Positions 39,131 to 54,534 of a stretch of 64,000 bases of DNA are shown in pieces. Location of the stretch: NCBI GenBank assembly GCA_025201805.1, contig MU619265.1, forward strand, positions 179,394 to 243,393. The letters are read 5' to 3'. Below the pieces are notes generated by a model, which worked only from the letters and a program-made list of their open reading frames with translations, ran no database searches and was not told where the DNA came from. The stretch is from Parasitella parasitica NRRL 2501 (taxonomy: Eukaryota > Fungi > Mucoromycota). Both the position numbers and the translations under genes were made by a program. Every line of letters starts with the position of its first letter. Within the stretch, counting starts at the first letter, position 1.

Positions 39131-42100
39131 TTTTTTCTTGTTAAGAAAGACATCAGCAAGTTTGTTGAAATTGTCAGTTCTTGAAAAACTGGTTTTTGCG
39201 TCGAAGGATGGGAATGTCACGCCGAAGACGAGTTGGGCCACACCTGCCAAACCGATCACAAGAGCACTGAGAGTGTCTCTGTTGTGAGTGATGTGGGCAG
39301 ACTTGACAGAGATACAGTCTTTATTGACACAAATGAATGCACCTTTGACTGTCTTGACTTGGGTTTGGTCGTTGTCTCGTACGACACGTAACGGGTGAGA
39401 GAGCTTACGAAAGCAGTATGGGCAAGTCTGGGATGTATTATGCTCGTTTGTGTAAAGTACCGAAGAATACAGGCTATTCTTTTTGGGCTTCCAGTGACCA
39501 CCATAACGCAAAAAGCCTTTCGTTCGTGAACCAATACCAAGCCCGCGATCACCTACAAACATAACAAGGCGCTTAAGCCTTTTGTCTTCTTCGACGATGC
39601 AATGATTTCGTTCAGCGGAGCATAATTTATCAATGAATTTTCTTTTCCGCAACTCGTATTGTCTCTTCTTTTTTGCAAGGTGAGCAGAGTTGTAGAAGCT
39701 TCGGACCTCCTCAGCACGACTAAACTGTTTGTTCTCCCAGACAAGTAATTCATCAATCGTGTTGACGTCGGATAGGCTCACACTGCTCAAGTCGGCTTCA
39801 ACATCAAACATTCGACTACTGCTTTTAAATTTCAATTTCCTTGTATGGGCCTCTAGGGCACGAGCTCCACTCCCATAGCTGATATCTGTGCCATGAACTC
39901 CGAATGACTTTGGCATTTTGAGGAAGGCAGGTACTTGATTTGCATGTAAGCTTATTGATCCTGAAGATAGAGTTAGACAAAAAAAAATAGGCGCATCTAC
40001 TTGAAAATTACCTGTAGCAGGAGATGCTTGTTGCCTATGCAAATTCAAGTGATACAGAAACCTATCCATAGTAAATACCACTGTTTCTGTCATCGTTACG
40101 AGGCCATTATCTGTGCCTGAAAATCGAAGATTTCCTGAATTGAGGAGGTCATCATCAAGCTTGAAGGATGTAACATTGCCGAGACACTTGAAATTTGTCT
40201 GGCTGATAATATGCTCTTCTTGATCTTGATCTTTTGTAGCAGAGTCAAAACATTCTTGATACATTCGTTGTCTAAAATTTGCTAGCCTCTCTTTACAACC
40301 TAACAATCTTTGATTGATTTCATCCCTTGTGTTTTTCAAATGTTGAATTTGCGTATACAAAGATGTCTGATTTTTNNNNNNNNNNNNNNNNNNNNNNNNN
40401 NNNNNNNNNNNNNNNNNNNNNNNNNNNNNNNNNNNNNNNNNNNNNNNNNNNNNNNNNNNNNNNNNNNNNNNNNNNNNNNNNNNNNNNNNNNNNNNNNNNN
40501 NNNNNNNNNNNNNNNNNNNNNNNNNNNNNNNNNNNNNNNNNNNNNNNNNNNNNNNNNNNNNNNNNNNNNNNNNNNNNNNNNNNNNNNNNNNNNNNNNNNN
40601 NNNNNNNNNNNNNNNNNNNNNNNNNNNNNNNNNNNNNNNNNNNNNNNNNNNNNNNNNNNNNNNNNNNNNNNNNNNNNNNNNNNNNNNNNNNNNNNNNNNN
40701 NNNNNNNNNNNNNNNNNNNNNNNNNNNNNNNNNNNNNNNNNNNNNNNNNNNNNNNNNNNNNNNNNNNNNNNNNNNNNNNNNNNNNNNNNNNNNNNNNNNN
40801 NNNNNNNNNNNNNNNNNNNNNNNNNNNNNNNNNNNNNNNNNNNNNGGAGAGTCAAGCTTCAGAGCCAATAGAGAAGTTGGTTTTACAATAGGCACAATTT
40901 TCCTGACCCATTTAGAGTATCCGGTACTTTTAAGGAGATTATTGGCCATCAGAAAAAAAGGAAGTTGACGAGCGACAACAAAAGATTTGCTTCTCTGAGG
41001 TATGAAAGGCGATACAAAATTGATGATAATTAAGCAAACTCTGACTTCGTTATTATCGATATCGGGTAAAGAAGCTTTCAATCTGTCTTCACATTCAGTT
41101 TCAAGTGTTTTTTCGAGGATGATTCGTCGCATTGTTGTTTTTAGAGTATTAATACGACGGCTTGGTAGGTCGGTGGTTGTTTGATTCCCTGAATCTTCCT
41201 CATTTCGCAGTTCTTGTGCAGCAGTCGGGTTGGCGTCAGCTTGTAGTTCTAATTCCGTCTCCTGGTCATCTTTGATTGCAGTTGCTGAATGAATTTCACG
41301 AGCTTGTTTCTAAATTATGTCATCAGTTATAAATGCATATATCTACTATGTATATATATCTTCATTGATAAATTTACCTCCGTGTACAAAACATGTTCAT
41401 ACGTATTAATTCTTTCGCCGCATCGAGTCGCTTTTTTAAACCATTTTATCTGCATTGGGGCGATCATTCATTGCTTTTATCTGATTAGATTCTTCCTGGC
41501 TTCGTTCTTTCTTAAACAATCGCTTTCTTGCATGGTAAGACAATCCAATAAGTAATATATCGTCAACGGGAATAGAGCTTGCGTATTGTTTGACATTACG
41601 AGCATTTTGACGGTCCCTTTGACGATCTAAATAATCTCGTTTTTTAGCCTCACGCAAGGGAGCTAAATGAACACGAAGGAGAGCAAGCAGCAAATGATTA
41701 AGCAGGGAATAGAACGCCTTGTTGTTGGACCACATGTTTAGGAAATAAGTTTTGTATTTCGCCAAAGCCATCTTCATGATAAAGGGATCTGCTTCGATAT
41801 CTGATTTATTTGTGATAGGAAGTGCCGATATTATAGTTTTTTCGATTCGACGGTTGTCCTTTGTACCTTCTCTAATACCAAGTTTACCAAAATATTCAGA
41901 ATGAATACGATCCAAGTGGCTGTTATTAAAAAGTTTATCAAATTCTTGAGTGAAGATTTCATTCGATAGACAATCGCCTGGTAACGGTGGCGGCATTTGT
42001 CCAAACCGCGGATCGAAATGATATCCTGCTGGTAAAACATAGGCAGGATCTGGGCCAGTTTTGGGTTCAAGAGCTACACGATCATTTTCATGCAAGACAA

Positions 42101-42830
42101 AGGATGACGTTTCAAATAGCAAGACGATTTTCAATATCTGTAAGCTGTATCTAATAATGTAGTCTGTAGCATGTGTCGTAGCTTGCGATATTCTATTAAA
42201 AAATTCTTGTCTAATATCTTGTGGTAAATCTTCACGGACAATAGATTCTAAGCTGCAACTGATTGTTCTGACAAATTCTTTATCATCAACATCTTCGAAA
42301 GTAGAAACACTACCAGTTGATTGCTGTTCTGGAGTAAGAGAAGCAGTCGAAGTTTCATTTCCTTTGATTTTTTCTTTGATTTCTTCAGTAAGAGTAACAA
42401 AGTTTTTGTTTATGAAATCTTTCCACAGTTGGATGCCCTTTTTGCCCTTACGAGAAAGTCTGTTTATGTATTTTTCAATTTCCGTTGTTTGTATTGCTTG
42501 ACCATCTATAGTGTTCCGTTTTTCAGCCTCTGTCACTGTTCCTTTCGGTAAAGCCTTCATCGATATAAGCATATCCTTCAAAGGTGATACATCATCTTGA
42601 CCTGATTTGCAGTATGCGTGGATTTGAAACGAGATTCTTCTTCTAAACTCATTTGCATCACGTGAGCCATTCCCTCGACTGCGTTTGGCTGCCGCTTGAC
42701 TAGATTCTGCTACCACTTCTGTTTCCTCAATGGCTCTTTTTTTGCCCATTGATTTCCAGCGTGGAGGAGTGTTTATTTGTGTTACGCCAGGAATATAAGT
42801 TAATCGTTGTTTCTTTTTAGTTCTAGCCAT
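39125..42830 (-). CDS. Fanzor1-type RNA-guided RuvC endonuclease, copy 2 (near-intact; one +1 frameshift near 41445; interrupted by an assembly gap)
   Basis: RuvC-I LRFSGTDNGLVTM; VMFVGDRGLGIGSRTKGFLRYGG; relocated catalytic Glu TNEHNTSQT; zinc finger CPYC...CVNKDC; RuvC-III HNRDTLSALVIG. Introns at 41310-41377 (phase 0) and 39961-40011 (phase 1). About 1,190 aa if the gap size is right. Confidence 0.9.
40376..40845. other. Assembly gap (470 N) inside Fanzor copy 2
   Basis: Run of N. Confidence 1.
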
Positions 42831-43169
42831 TTTTCATCTGCAAAGGTTATAAAAAAATGAAAAGAGAAAGAAAAATGGATTGCAGAATCTTCATTTTTAT
42901 AATGAGAACAAAAGGGTCTGATGCATATGTTTCCTGATTTATCTCTGTGTGAGATAAACAATATCGTTCTTCAATTAGAGGAACAATACGTATTTATCAG
43001 TTAATTCCTCGGTGAGGTTTTTATGTCGTAGTATTTTTTGTTTATATGGAGACCTTGGTCCCGATTTTATTTGAGTGAAATTTAATGCATAATAGCAAAA
43101 CGCAACCTTTTTTTTTATTTTTTTTTAAAGATCAAGTGTATACATGCGGATTATTTTGTTTTTCTTCAA

Positions 43170-46100
43170 TTATTTGCTTGCAGCCTTTGCATCAGATACA
43201 ACCTCTGAGGGTATACCCGCTTCAAGTAGCACTGATTCCGGAAAAGCTTGACCAAATTCAGCACAACTTGTTTGCAAGATCTGATAAATAATATCTATAT
43301 ATAACAGTCAGTGATTTCTTTTGGACAACACACAATTAATTTAAAAACTTACAAACAGGGAATGATGGAGTAGATGGATAAAAACGCTTTGCCATATCCT
43401 TCAACTTTGATTGCAGTTTTTCTTTTGTAGTACTAGATAACCTAATGATGTTTTCCCAAGCAGCGCGCTGAAAGTTCCAATTATATTCATCCAATATGTG
43501 CATTAAGCTTAATCCTTCTTCGTATAATGATTGGGTATAAGCGCATTCCAGCAAGTCGTACTCAGGAACAAGTCTAGAGTTCAAATCCTGCAGGATCTTT
43601 TTGCTGGGATTCTTTTGTTCAATCAGTGATTCGCACATTGTATATTGCACCTGCGCAACCTTGTATTTGCGTTCGATGGATTCACACTTTTCTTTACAGA
43701 ATCCTTCAGCTCGTGGCAGGTATTCGCATGCTTTCTTCAGGGCGTTTACTCTGTGAGATAGGCCGACTTGATCAGCCTCTGTCGCCAGCCGATAGACAGC
43801 GTCGGCAGATTTGGCAAACTCGTTACGATATGCATAATAGTGCTCGAGCAGTATTAATCTTTGACGAAGATCAGGTTTTTGTGTTTCGATATATGTGAAG
43901 AGTGTGGGTATTTCCAAACTTGTCAAAAGATGATGATGATCGTGTTTATCAAGCCATGCGTAAATAGCGTAGTGATAGGTGCTTTCGTTTGTCATTTTTA
44001 GTGCGTTTGTTATTACGTCTTTAGCGTATTTCTCCTCGTTTATCTCTATAGCTTGTTGGATTACTTCAAGAACATTACTGCAAACTTGTGAAAACTCCAA
44101 ATCCCCACGAGAATAGCTTGCAAACGCAAGTTCAATGGCTGCATTATGATCCCCTAAATCAGAAAACTGTTGTGTAAGGGCAGTGATTCGCTTATCATTG
44201 CAAATATTAATAACATTCTTGAAATGCTGTAAAGCTAAACGCAATGCTTGTTTTTTTTCGCTTTCATTGGTATTGCTGTACGCAGCATATAAATTTTCAA
44301 CACCCTAGACGTAAGATAAATAAGGGCGTGTCTTTTTTTTATACCAAAAACTGTTGTCACCTTAAAGTAAACCACATTGTCTTTCCCTAAAAGGGTTACG
44401 CATTCGCTATCCAAGAAGTTACCGATAAAGTTGAAATTATTGGAGGCGTTAGATAATTTCGATATCTCTATGGCTGTGTATACGATGTTTTGGGCTAATA
44501 TACCACCTTGGTATGTTGTTACAAACTCACAGAATGTGCAGACAGTGAATTTGCTTCCAAGTCTACATAAGCTAATAAGTTACAAGAGAAAAATACATCG
44601 ATTATTTGATCTTACTTTGCTACAATTTGTTCCCACTTCAAATCATGTGCAAAAGATATTAGTGAGATAGATTCAATTGAAGCCAATACAAGATCCATAA
44701 CATCCTATAAATGATAATATGAGTAAAAAGACTCGTTTTTATACTTCGACTCAAAATTACCGTTGTTGGGATTTGGTTCCGCTGATATTCATGAGCTAGT
44801 GCTTTCAGACGTTCTTGAACTACTAAAAATTTACCTTTGGCAAACCTATCAAATATCGATTAACTCTAGCTATCGAGTGCTCTATCTTTTCACATACTTT
44901 TCTGACTTAATATCTAAGGTCCATATATCTTTGACGAGACGGGCAAAATAAAGTAGCAACCCCTCTTGTTGGACAACAGATTGGCGGATCAAGTCTATAG
45001 CACGTGATGTTTGTCTCTGTGAACAAGCCAGCACATGAGCGACATAGCAAGTTTCAATAGGTCCATAGCGTTGTTCGAACTTTTGTAAATTTACAGGCGA
45101 GACCGATTGCAATGCTTGTTCTAAATAATCAGCAATGTGTTGTTTGTAATAGCGGACAATTCCACGGGTTGTTAGTGTTGAAATTTGACGATGTGAGCTA
45201 GCAAACGGCTCGAACGTTGCCTTCAACGTAAAGTCTGTCTGTCCGCTTCCTTCCTCTACAATAGACCACACTTTGTCATCGAATTGTTTGTAATATACAT
45301 CTTCTACAAGGACTGGCTTTGTCTCTTCGACGGATGCGAAGTTTGTGCCGGTCAAAACTAGGTAGTGCTTTTCTGATTTAGAAAAAATGGATGCGAAAAT
45401 TCCTTGCTGGTAAAAGGATAAATTAGCATGCTGATCAGTCAAATCGTTGAATAGAATAGAGCCTGGCAAAGGTGGTGCTGATCGAGTGAATTTGAGTTTG
45501 ATATTTGGATATTCATATTGGAAATAGAGTCGATCTCCATTCTTTGCAACTGCCATTAGGCTAGGTTTTTTGGTATCTTGAACAAGACAAATAGATTCCA
45601 GATCTCGTCCCATATAGCGCTGCAACGGAACATAACGTACACCTCCAATTGAAGCAACATGGATGCTGGAATCCGATAACAACACGTACAATAAATCCTC
45701 TGCTTCGTCCAATGCTAAAGATTTTAAATCAGCAGCAGGAGGAGATTTGAAAAACATATTCAAATAACGTAAGACCGGGTTCATCGTAAGGCAAGAAAGG
45801 CTTCCATCTATTGGAGCACCATTATTGTCAAAAGTGAGGACAAGCTCATACAAATGTCCATCGTCGCCCTTCATGAAGACTCTCTTCGTTTCTTTTGTTG
45901 CTACAATATCAGACATGACAACGCCAGTTGAATTCACTCTGATACCAGTTGCTAGCTGTATTTTGTGTTGGCCTTGCGTGATGGTGTGCAAGTAAATGAA
46001 ATCTCGAGTACAAACAATCAGTTCCTCGCGAGTAGCAAATGCTACGATATCAACATGCTCAATCACTTGGTTTGTCTCGTATTTAAACACCTGTGAATCC

Positions 46101-46520
46101 TTCTTGCAAAAATCCCATAAAAGCAACACGGTTACTCTTGCCAGCCAAACATGATCTATACCCTTCAAGAAGCCAAGCTTGTAATCGCTGCGGGGCTCTA
46201 TAATCAACCATGTCAGTAAAAGCATTATGCTGTGCATGGTTTGTAGCATCCTACGTTCAATTTGCCATGCTATTTCTTCAGGAAATGTTATATTGCTATG
46301 TTCATAAAACGCATCTTCATTGTCTGTGCTGTATTGAAGTATCGTAGAATCTGCAGAATGCGTTAGTACTTTCATATTTTTCAAGCCTCTGATGGATGAA
46401 TATACCTTGCAAGTATAGATCGAATTCAACATTTTCTTGGTCTTTATTCTTAATTTTGCAGACTTTCTCGTCGAAACCAGTGAATATTTGGTTTATTTGA
46501 GGCTCAAAAGTGCTGTTCAT
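43170..46520 (-). CDS. Nup170/Nup157/Nup155-family nucleoporin, divergent and compact, multi-exon
   Basis: Propeller motifs GIDHVWLARVTVLLLWDF, KRVFMKGDDGHLYEL, LMAVAKNGDRLYF, RSAPP; solenoid motifs EGLLLYFARLVKDIW, YHYAIYAWL, LEHYYAYRNEFAKSA, LSHRVNALKKA. Confidence 0.8.
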
Positions 46521-47174
46521 GTTGAAAATATGCTGAAGATACAAGTTTGGAAACTTGTGCTTGTTAATTCGAGGCGCGTTTCTGTCTAAATTTTTTAAAA
46601 AAGGTGACTTTGATAAGTGTAAACCACATCAACTTGCAGGTGCATCGAGAGGTCCACAAGGTGATGAAGCAGCATGCTAAATGCTATCGCACTTCATTAA
46701 TCAGATATTGGTTTAATAAAATTACATAGCGCCTGCTTAAAGAGTTCTTAGTGCTACTTTTTTACCATCCAAATGTTCATTACAATAAATTTAGTTGTTC
46801 ACCTGGTATTGAAAACCTCTTTTGAAGTTGGCAGTTTTAGGAGCTTGATCAAGCAAAAAAATAAATCATAATATCTTCAAACTAAATTTACGGTAGTATT
46901 CAGAAAAATTAGAAATATGAAATCCAAAACTAGACAGTATATATTTTGTTTTTGATAAAGATATAATTCCTTGAACTACTTCTCTTTCTGGAATCCCTCT
47001 TTAAACTTCAACGTATTACATCCTACATATAGCCAGTCTGCAAAAGCTTGGAATCATACACAACTGCAAAGTAAATGATAAAGACTCCATATAGCATCTG
47101 ATAACGAAAAAAAAAAGTTTATTCATAATGTATTACAGTGATTCGAGTATAAAGGGATGTTGCAGACTACACAT

Positions 47175-49488
47175 TTAGCCAAATACATCTGTGCCCAAGC
47201 CAAGCATTGCCAAATCATAAATGATCACGAATAAAATAGACAAGGAGAGTATAGTACAAGTAACAATGGCTAAATAAAGTGGATTAAACCATGTTTTGGT
47301 TCAAAGGCAGTGAATTTGTCTGCTTGCATAGGCTTTTCCTGCGTTTCGTCATTGTGGGGAGCAACAGCAGAGGACTTAAATGAAAATACGCTCGCCAGCA
47401 TGGATGAATGGCGAGAATGGATAGTCGAATAGGTGATTGAGTCATCGGAGCCGTAGATATTTCAGGTGAGCGAGGTAGCAATAGGCTCATAGGAACTAAC
47501 AAGTTGCCCGTGAAAGATGGAGATGGTACTGGTGTTCTTGAGCTGTTTTCTCTTTTGGGAGATGAGGGAAGGCTGGGCGGGAAAGCCAATTATGTGGAGC
47601 CATCAGACAGATGATGAGATATTCCCAGGCCGTTTGTTAATAGTCTGCCATTGTCTTCATCAGCAGCACAGATTGAAGAAACAAAATCACTACTGTAAAC
47701 AATTGTAGGGAGGCCAGGTTTGTCTATTGTGGGCGAACGAGCGGCGGCTTCCAACTGACTGTACTTTGATGGCTTTATGCTTGATCTTTTATTTGATATT
47801 GAATAGTTATCGTCAGGAATAAACATTTTAACGTCGTTGTCATCGTGATTCTGTAAGACGGGAAACTGAAAGTTTGTCCGTTTCTTGGTTTATCGGCTCA
47901 ACGGAAGCAACGTATTTTCATAAAATTAACAGTCTGTTGTATCTATTAGGCATTTTTTCTCATCTCGGTTAATAGTGCTTACAGATTGAAAGAAGAGACA
48001 ACTCCAGTTTTGGATTGTATTGACCCAATCTTCTGTCTGTAAAGGGCTGTTATTTACAGCATTTTGAGTACAATATAAATACTTTCATGGACATGACTTA
48101 CATGCAGAATAGCCAAGGAAACAAATTTGACCAGAAAAGTGCCCATGCTAGACTACAAATTTCGCCGCGTAGAAAATTAGATCGGATGACAATAGTGAAA
48201 ACGGGAATGAAAGCACAAACAGGAAACAAATATGCAGTGACCTTGGGCGCAGTAGAGCCTAGGCAAACAAACATGCGGACATAACGTCAAATTTCATGTA
48301 CCATTTTCACTTAAAATTGATATAATGTCACTGGTTGCATCCATTTTGTAGGCCATCGCACCACAAATGCCTAATATATACTTTTTATCGGTATTCGTTT
48401 GACGTTTTACGCCTGCTCTTCTTTTCTAGTTACCTAACAGCAAGTAGAATACGGTGGATATGACGACAGATATCCATACGCATCGATGGATATCGATATG
48501 TGGTTTTAAGCTGTTTACCCATGAAGGAATCTGACAAAAAAAAGGGGGGTTAGCATCCACCAGTTCAGTCCATTTGAATGTGAATCAGAACTGCTTTACC
48601 GTGGTAATAAAACTATAGTTGAATATAATAATGCCAAGCACCATAGAAGAATTGCTGCCACCTGCAGGTAGCAGTGATGGATCAAATCCTTGCTGAACAA
48701 ATGCAGCCACCCATTGAGCTAAAATGCCCGCTAATAAAACGAATAAGGTTATTTGAACTGCAATGTTCTCTACCAAGCTAAAGAAACCCATAGGAATAAC
48801 GAGCAGGGCGGTGAGGAGAAACCCAAACGTAAAAATATAGTAACCTCTGTGGATAAAGGCGAGTTACCGTCAAATCCAGATGATTGAGAAACGCAGAACC
48901 AGTCGCCTGGATAGACTCCTAGACCACATGAGCCTCTAAATACAGCGATGAACATGCTATCAAATGTCTGTATACGAAATCATTAGTTAATACGATTCAG
49001 CAGAAATTTGATGCAAGACCTACTTGTGCTGCAATGATGATGCTGGCAATGTTGACAGACTGCAATGATACAAAAAGCATAACTTGGAAGAAGTAATGGT
49101 AACTTGTGCCCAAATAGACTTGCGCAATGGTTGTTAATTCGACTTTGGCCTGAAATGTCTCATTTCCATGAATACTAGACAAAGCTTCGCAAATAAATAA
49201 AGCAGAGTAGCTAGACAGAAATGCCACGACAATAAATATGAATCACGGAGCAGCCCAACCAGACTACACATTTGATATCAATACAAATGTATGGAGTGTA
49301 ACCGCAATATATTACTCAATTATTACCTGTTAAAATAATGCTGGAATAGTAGATAAATCTGGACCCTGAATATAAATAAATGTCAAACTTACATTAGTTG
49401 TAAGGCAGATCAATTTGAAGCTTACAGTCATGCATGATACTAGCATTGCAGTGCTACCAAAGCTGCCTATGCCTCTTACTGCGGTCAT
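47175..49488 (-). pseudogene. Amino acid/auxin permease (Aa_trans) family transporter, apparently disrupted
   Basis: MTAVRGIGSFGSTAMLVSCMT|GP, ALFICEALSSIHGNETFQAKVELTTIAQ, FNYSFITT|IPSWVNSLKP, C-terminal TM ..IIYDLAMLGLGTDVFG*. In-frame stop after GWAAP, stop at 47590 and frameshifts near 48800 and 47295. Confidence 0.7.
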
Positions 49489-50938
49489 AGGTGTGAAGTT
49501 ATTCGTTTGGTGAAGGAAAAAAAAAGAGATAAATAGACTTGGAAGCCGAGCTTTTTAATATGGATATGTCTGATATATATGCTCTAGATCAGGATTGGAT
49601 TTGCCTTTTTTCCCGCAATATTTGGCAAGACCATTCACAGTAAATATGGCCATATAAAAGCAGTTAATTGTTTCGATTTCATTTCTGGTGGTACAACCCT
49701 TATTTCGACAGTTTTACTCTTTTGCTAACGGATATGCTCTCTGTTTATAGGAGATCTACTAGGCTGTTCCTTTACAAAGGTCTCTATGCACATTTCTATT
49801 CGACATTCCCTCAAAATCTGACCAAGTATCTACTTTGGATATTGAAAATCTCCAAAGAAAACATCAACATGGTTATAGGTCTTGTGTGTTTTATTTATCA
49901 GATGAGCGATACATCGATAACCTCAAGGATATGTAAGACAAACAAACAAACAAACGTTATCACTATTTCTTCAGGTTCCTTACTGTCATTCTTTGTTGGC
50001 ACGATGTTTCAAACAATTTCGGATTCATCTTGCGAACAAACATCCAGGTGGCTCCAAATGCCCAACGAAATCAACATGACACAATAGGATTTCGCAAACC
50101 ATATACCTGATATTCAAAAAAGCCTAGCATGAATTTTTAAAATCTATTCCACTAAGAAATACAAATACATCCAAGTAATAGCCATTCATCAGCACAGATG
50201 AAAACACCTTAATCGCTTAAATTCTAAACAGAGTTGCATAACATGCAATCCACATTAAAAACATTCGTTCTACCAGAATTCGTTTCTTATCAGTATAGTG
50301 TCTTCTTTATTGGTAGCATTTAAACAAATAGCATTAAATGTTCAAATGCGTTCAGTATGAGGTTCATAAGCCTTGGCTTCTAAAACTCTTGGCATAAAGC
50401 ATTTACATACTGCTTGATGTCATAATCAAAGCAAATCGACTCCTAGCATTGCGTTTAATCGATTTTCTTTATCTGTCTTGATTGAGGAGGCTTGTTTCGT
50501 TCTAGAAAAAAAAAGGAGTGCTAGTAATAATTTCACCATGACAACGTAAATGCAAGTGAATATGTATGGCATTAACAATGTCGTTGTCTTTGAGCTATGT
50601 GTAGAGACTACATTTCCTTGGGGAACAAACGTCACTTATCTTCTTTGACGATGCCCAATCATAACTACTGGCATTCAGAGAAAACCTTTTTTTTTTTTAA
50701 CAGACAGGATAGAAGGATTTCATTTATAAGTCTGTCGGCTAGGCTCAATTACTTGATCACCCTTTTTTTTTTTTTTTTTTTTTTTTNNNNNNNNNNTTCC
50801 TCTCTAAATCAATTTCAAGAGAAGAGAATAAGTGAATAGACCAAAAGGCTTTCTCCTGGATTCACACATACCGCAAATCAGAACAGACGATTCATCTGAA
50901 ATTCTCTCACTTTTTTTTTATTTGCATACACAAATACC

Positions 50939-54040
<3,102 letters not shown>

Positions 54041-54534
54041 ATTTATATCAAATTTCAAATAACACTACTATTATATAATCCTTTCTTTGTATTTTTGCAA
54101 GGGCGATGCACTTCCACCTTTTAACTTTGAATACGCCTTCAAAGCTCAACGTGGTAGCTTTTGCTGTGTTATACATTCTCATGGTCTCCAAATAACTAAA
54201 TACAACATGAACAAGGCCCACAACTGAGTGCATGTTGCATGTTTTTTTTATGAGGCTTTACGCTTATCAAAGAAGAAAGAATTCTTCAAAGCCTTATACT
54301 TTATTAGCTCGGGTGCATATTTCACAGACATTTTATCTAGCTGATTCAAAGGTCTGAAGACGAGGTTTGTAACAAATCCATGCATTGTTAAAATCCATTT
54401 GTTATTTGTTGGAAATTCTCTTGTTTATTTTTTTTACAGTAAAGATATTAAATTTTAGTGAGAATAAATAAAACCACAAACCGAATTAGTTGCTAACTTT
54501 TAAAGTGGTATTTACATTGTAGTTGCTAATTATA

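Noticed and set aside
40310-40968. ORFs full of X
   Set aside because: Artefacts of translating through the N gap.
38925-43045. Possible TIRs for Fanzor copy 2 (gagaccaag vs cttggtccc)
   Set aside because: Only a 7-8 bp match and no TSD; not distinguishable from chance.
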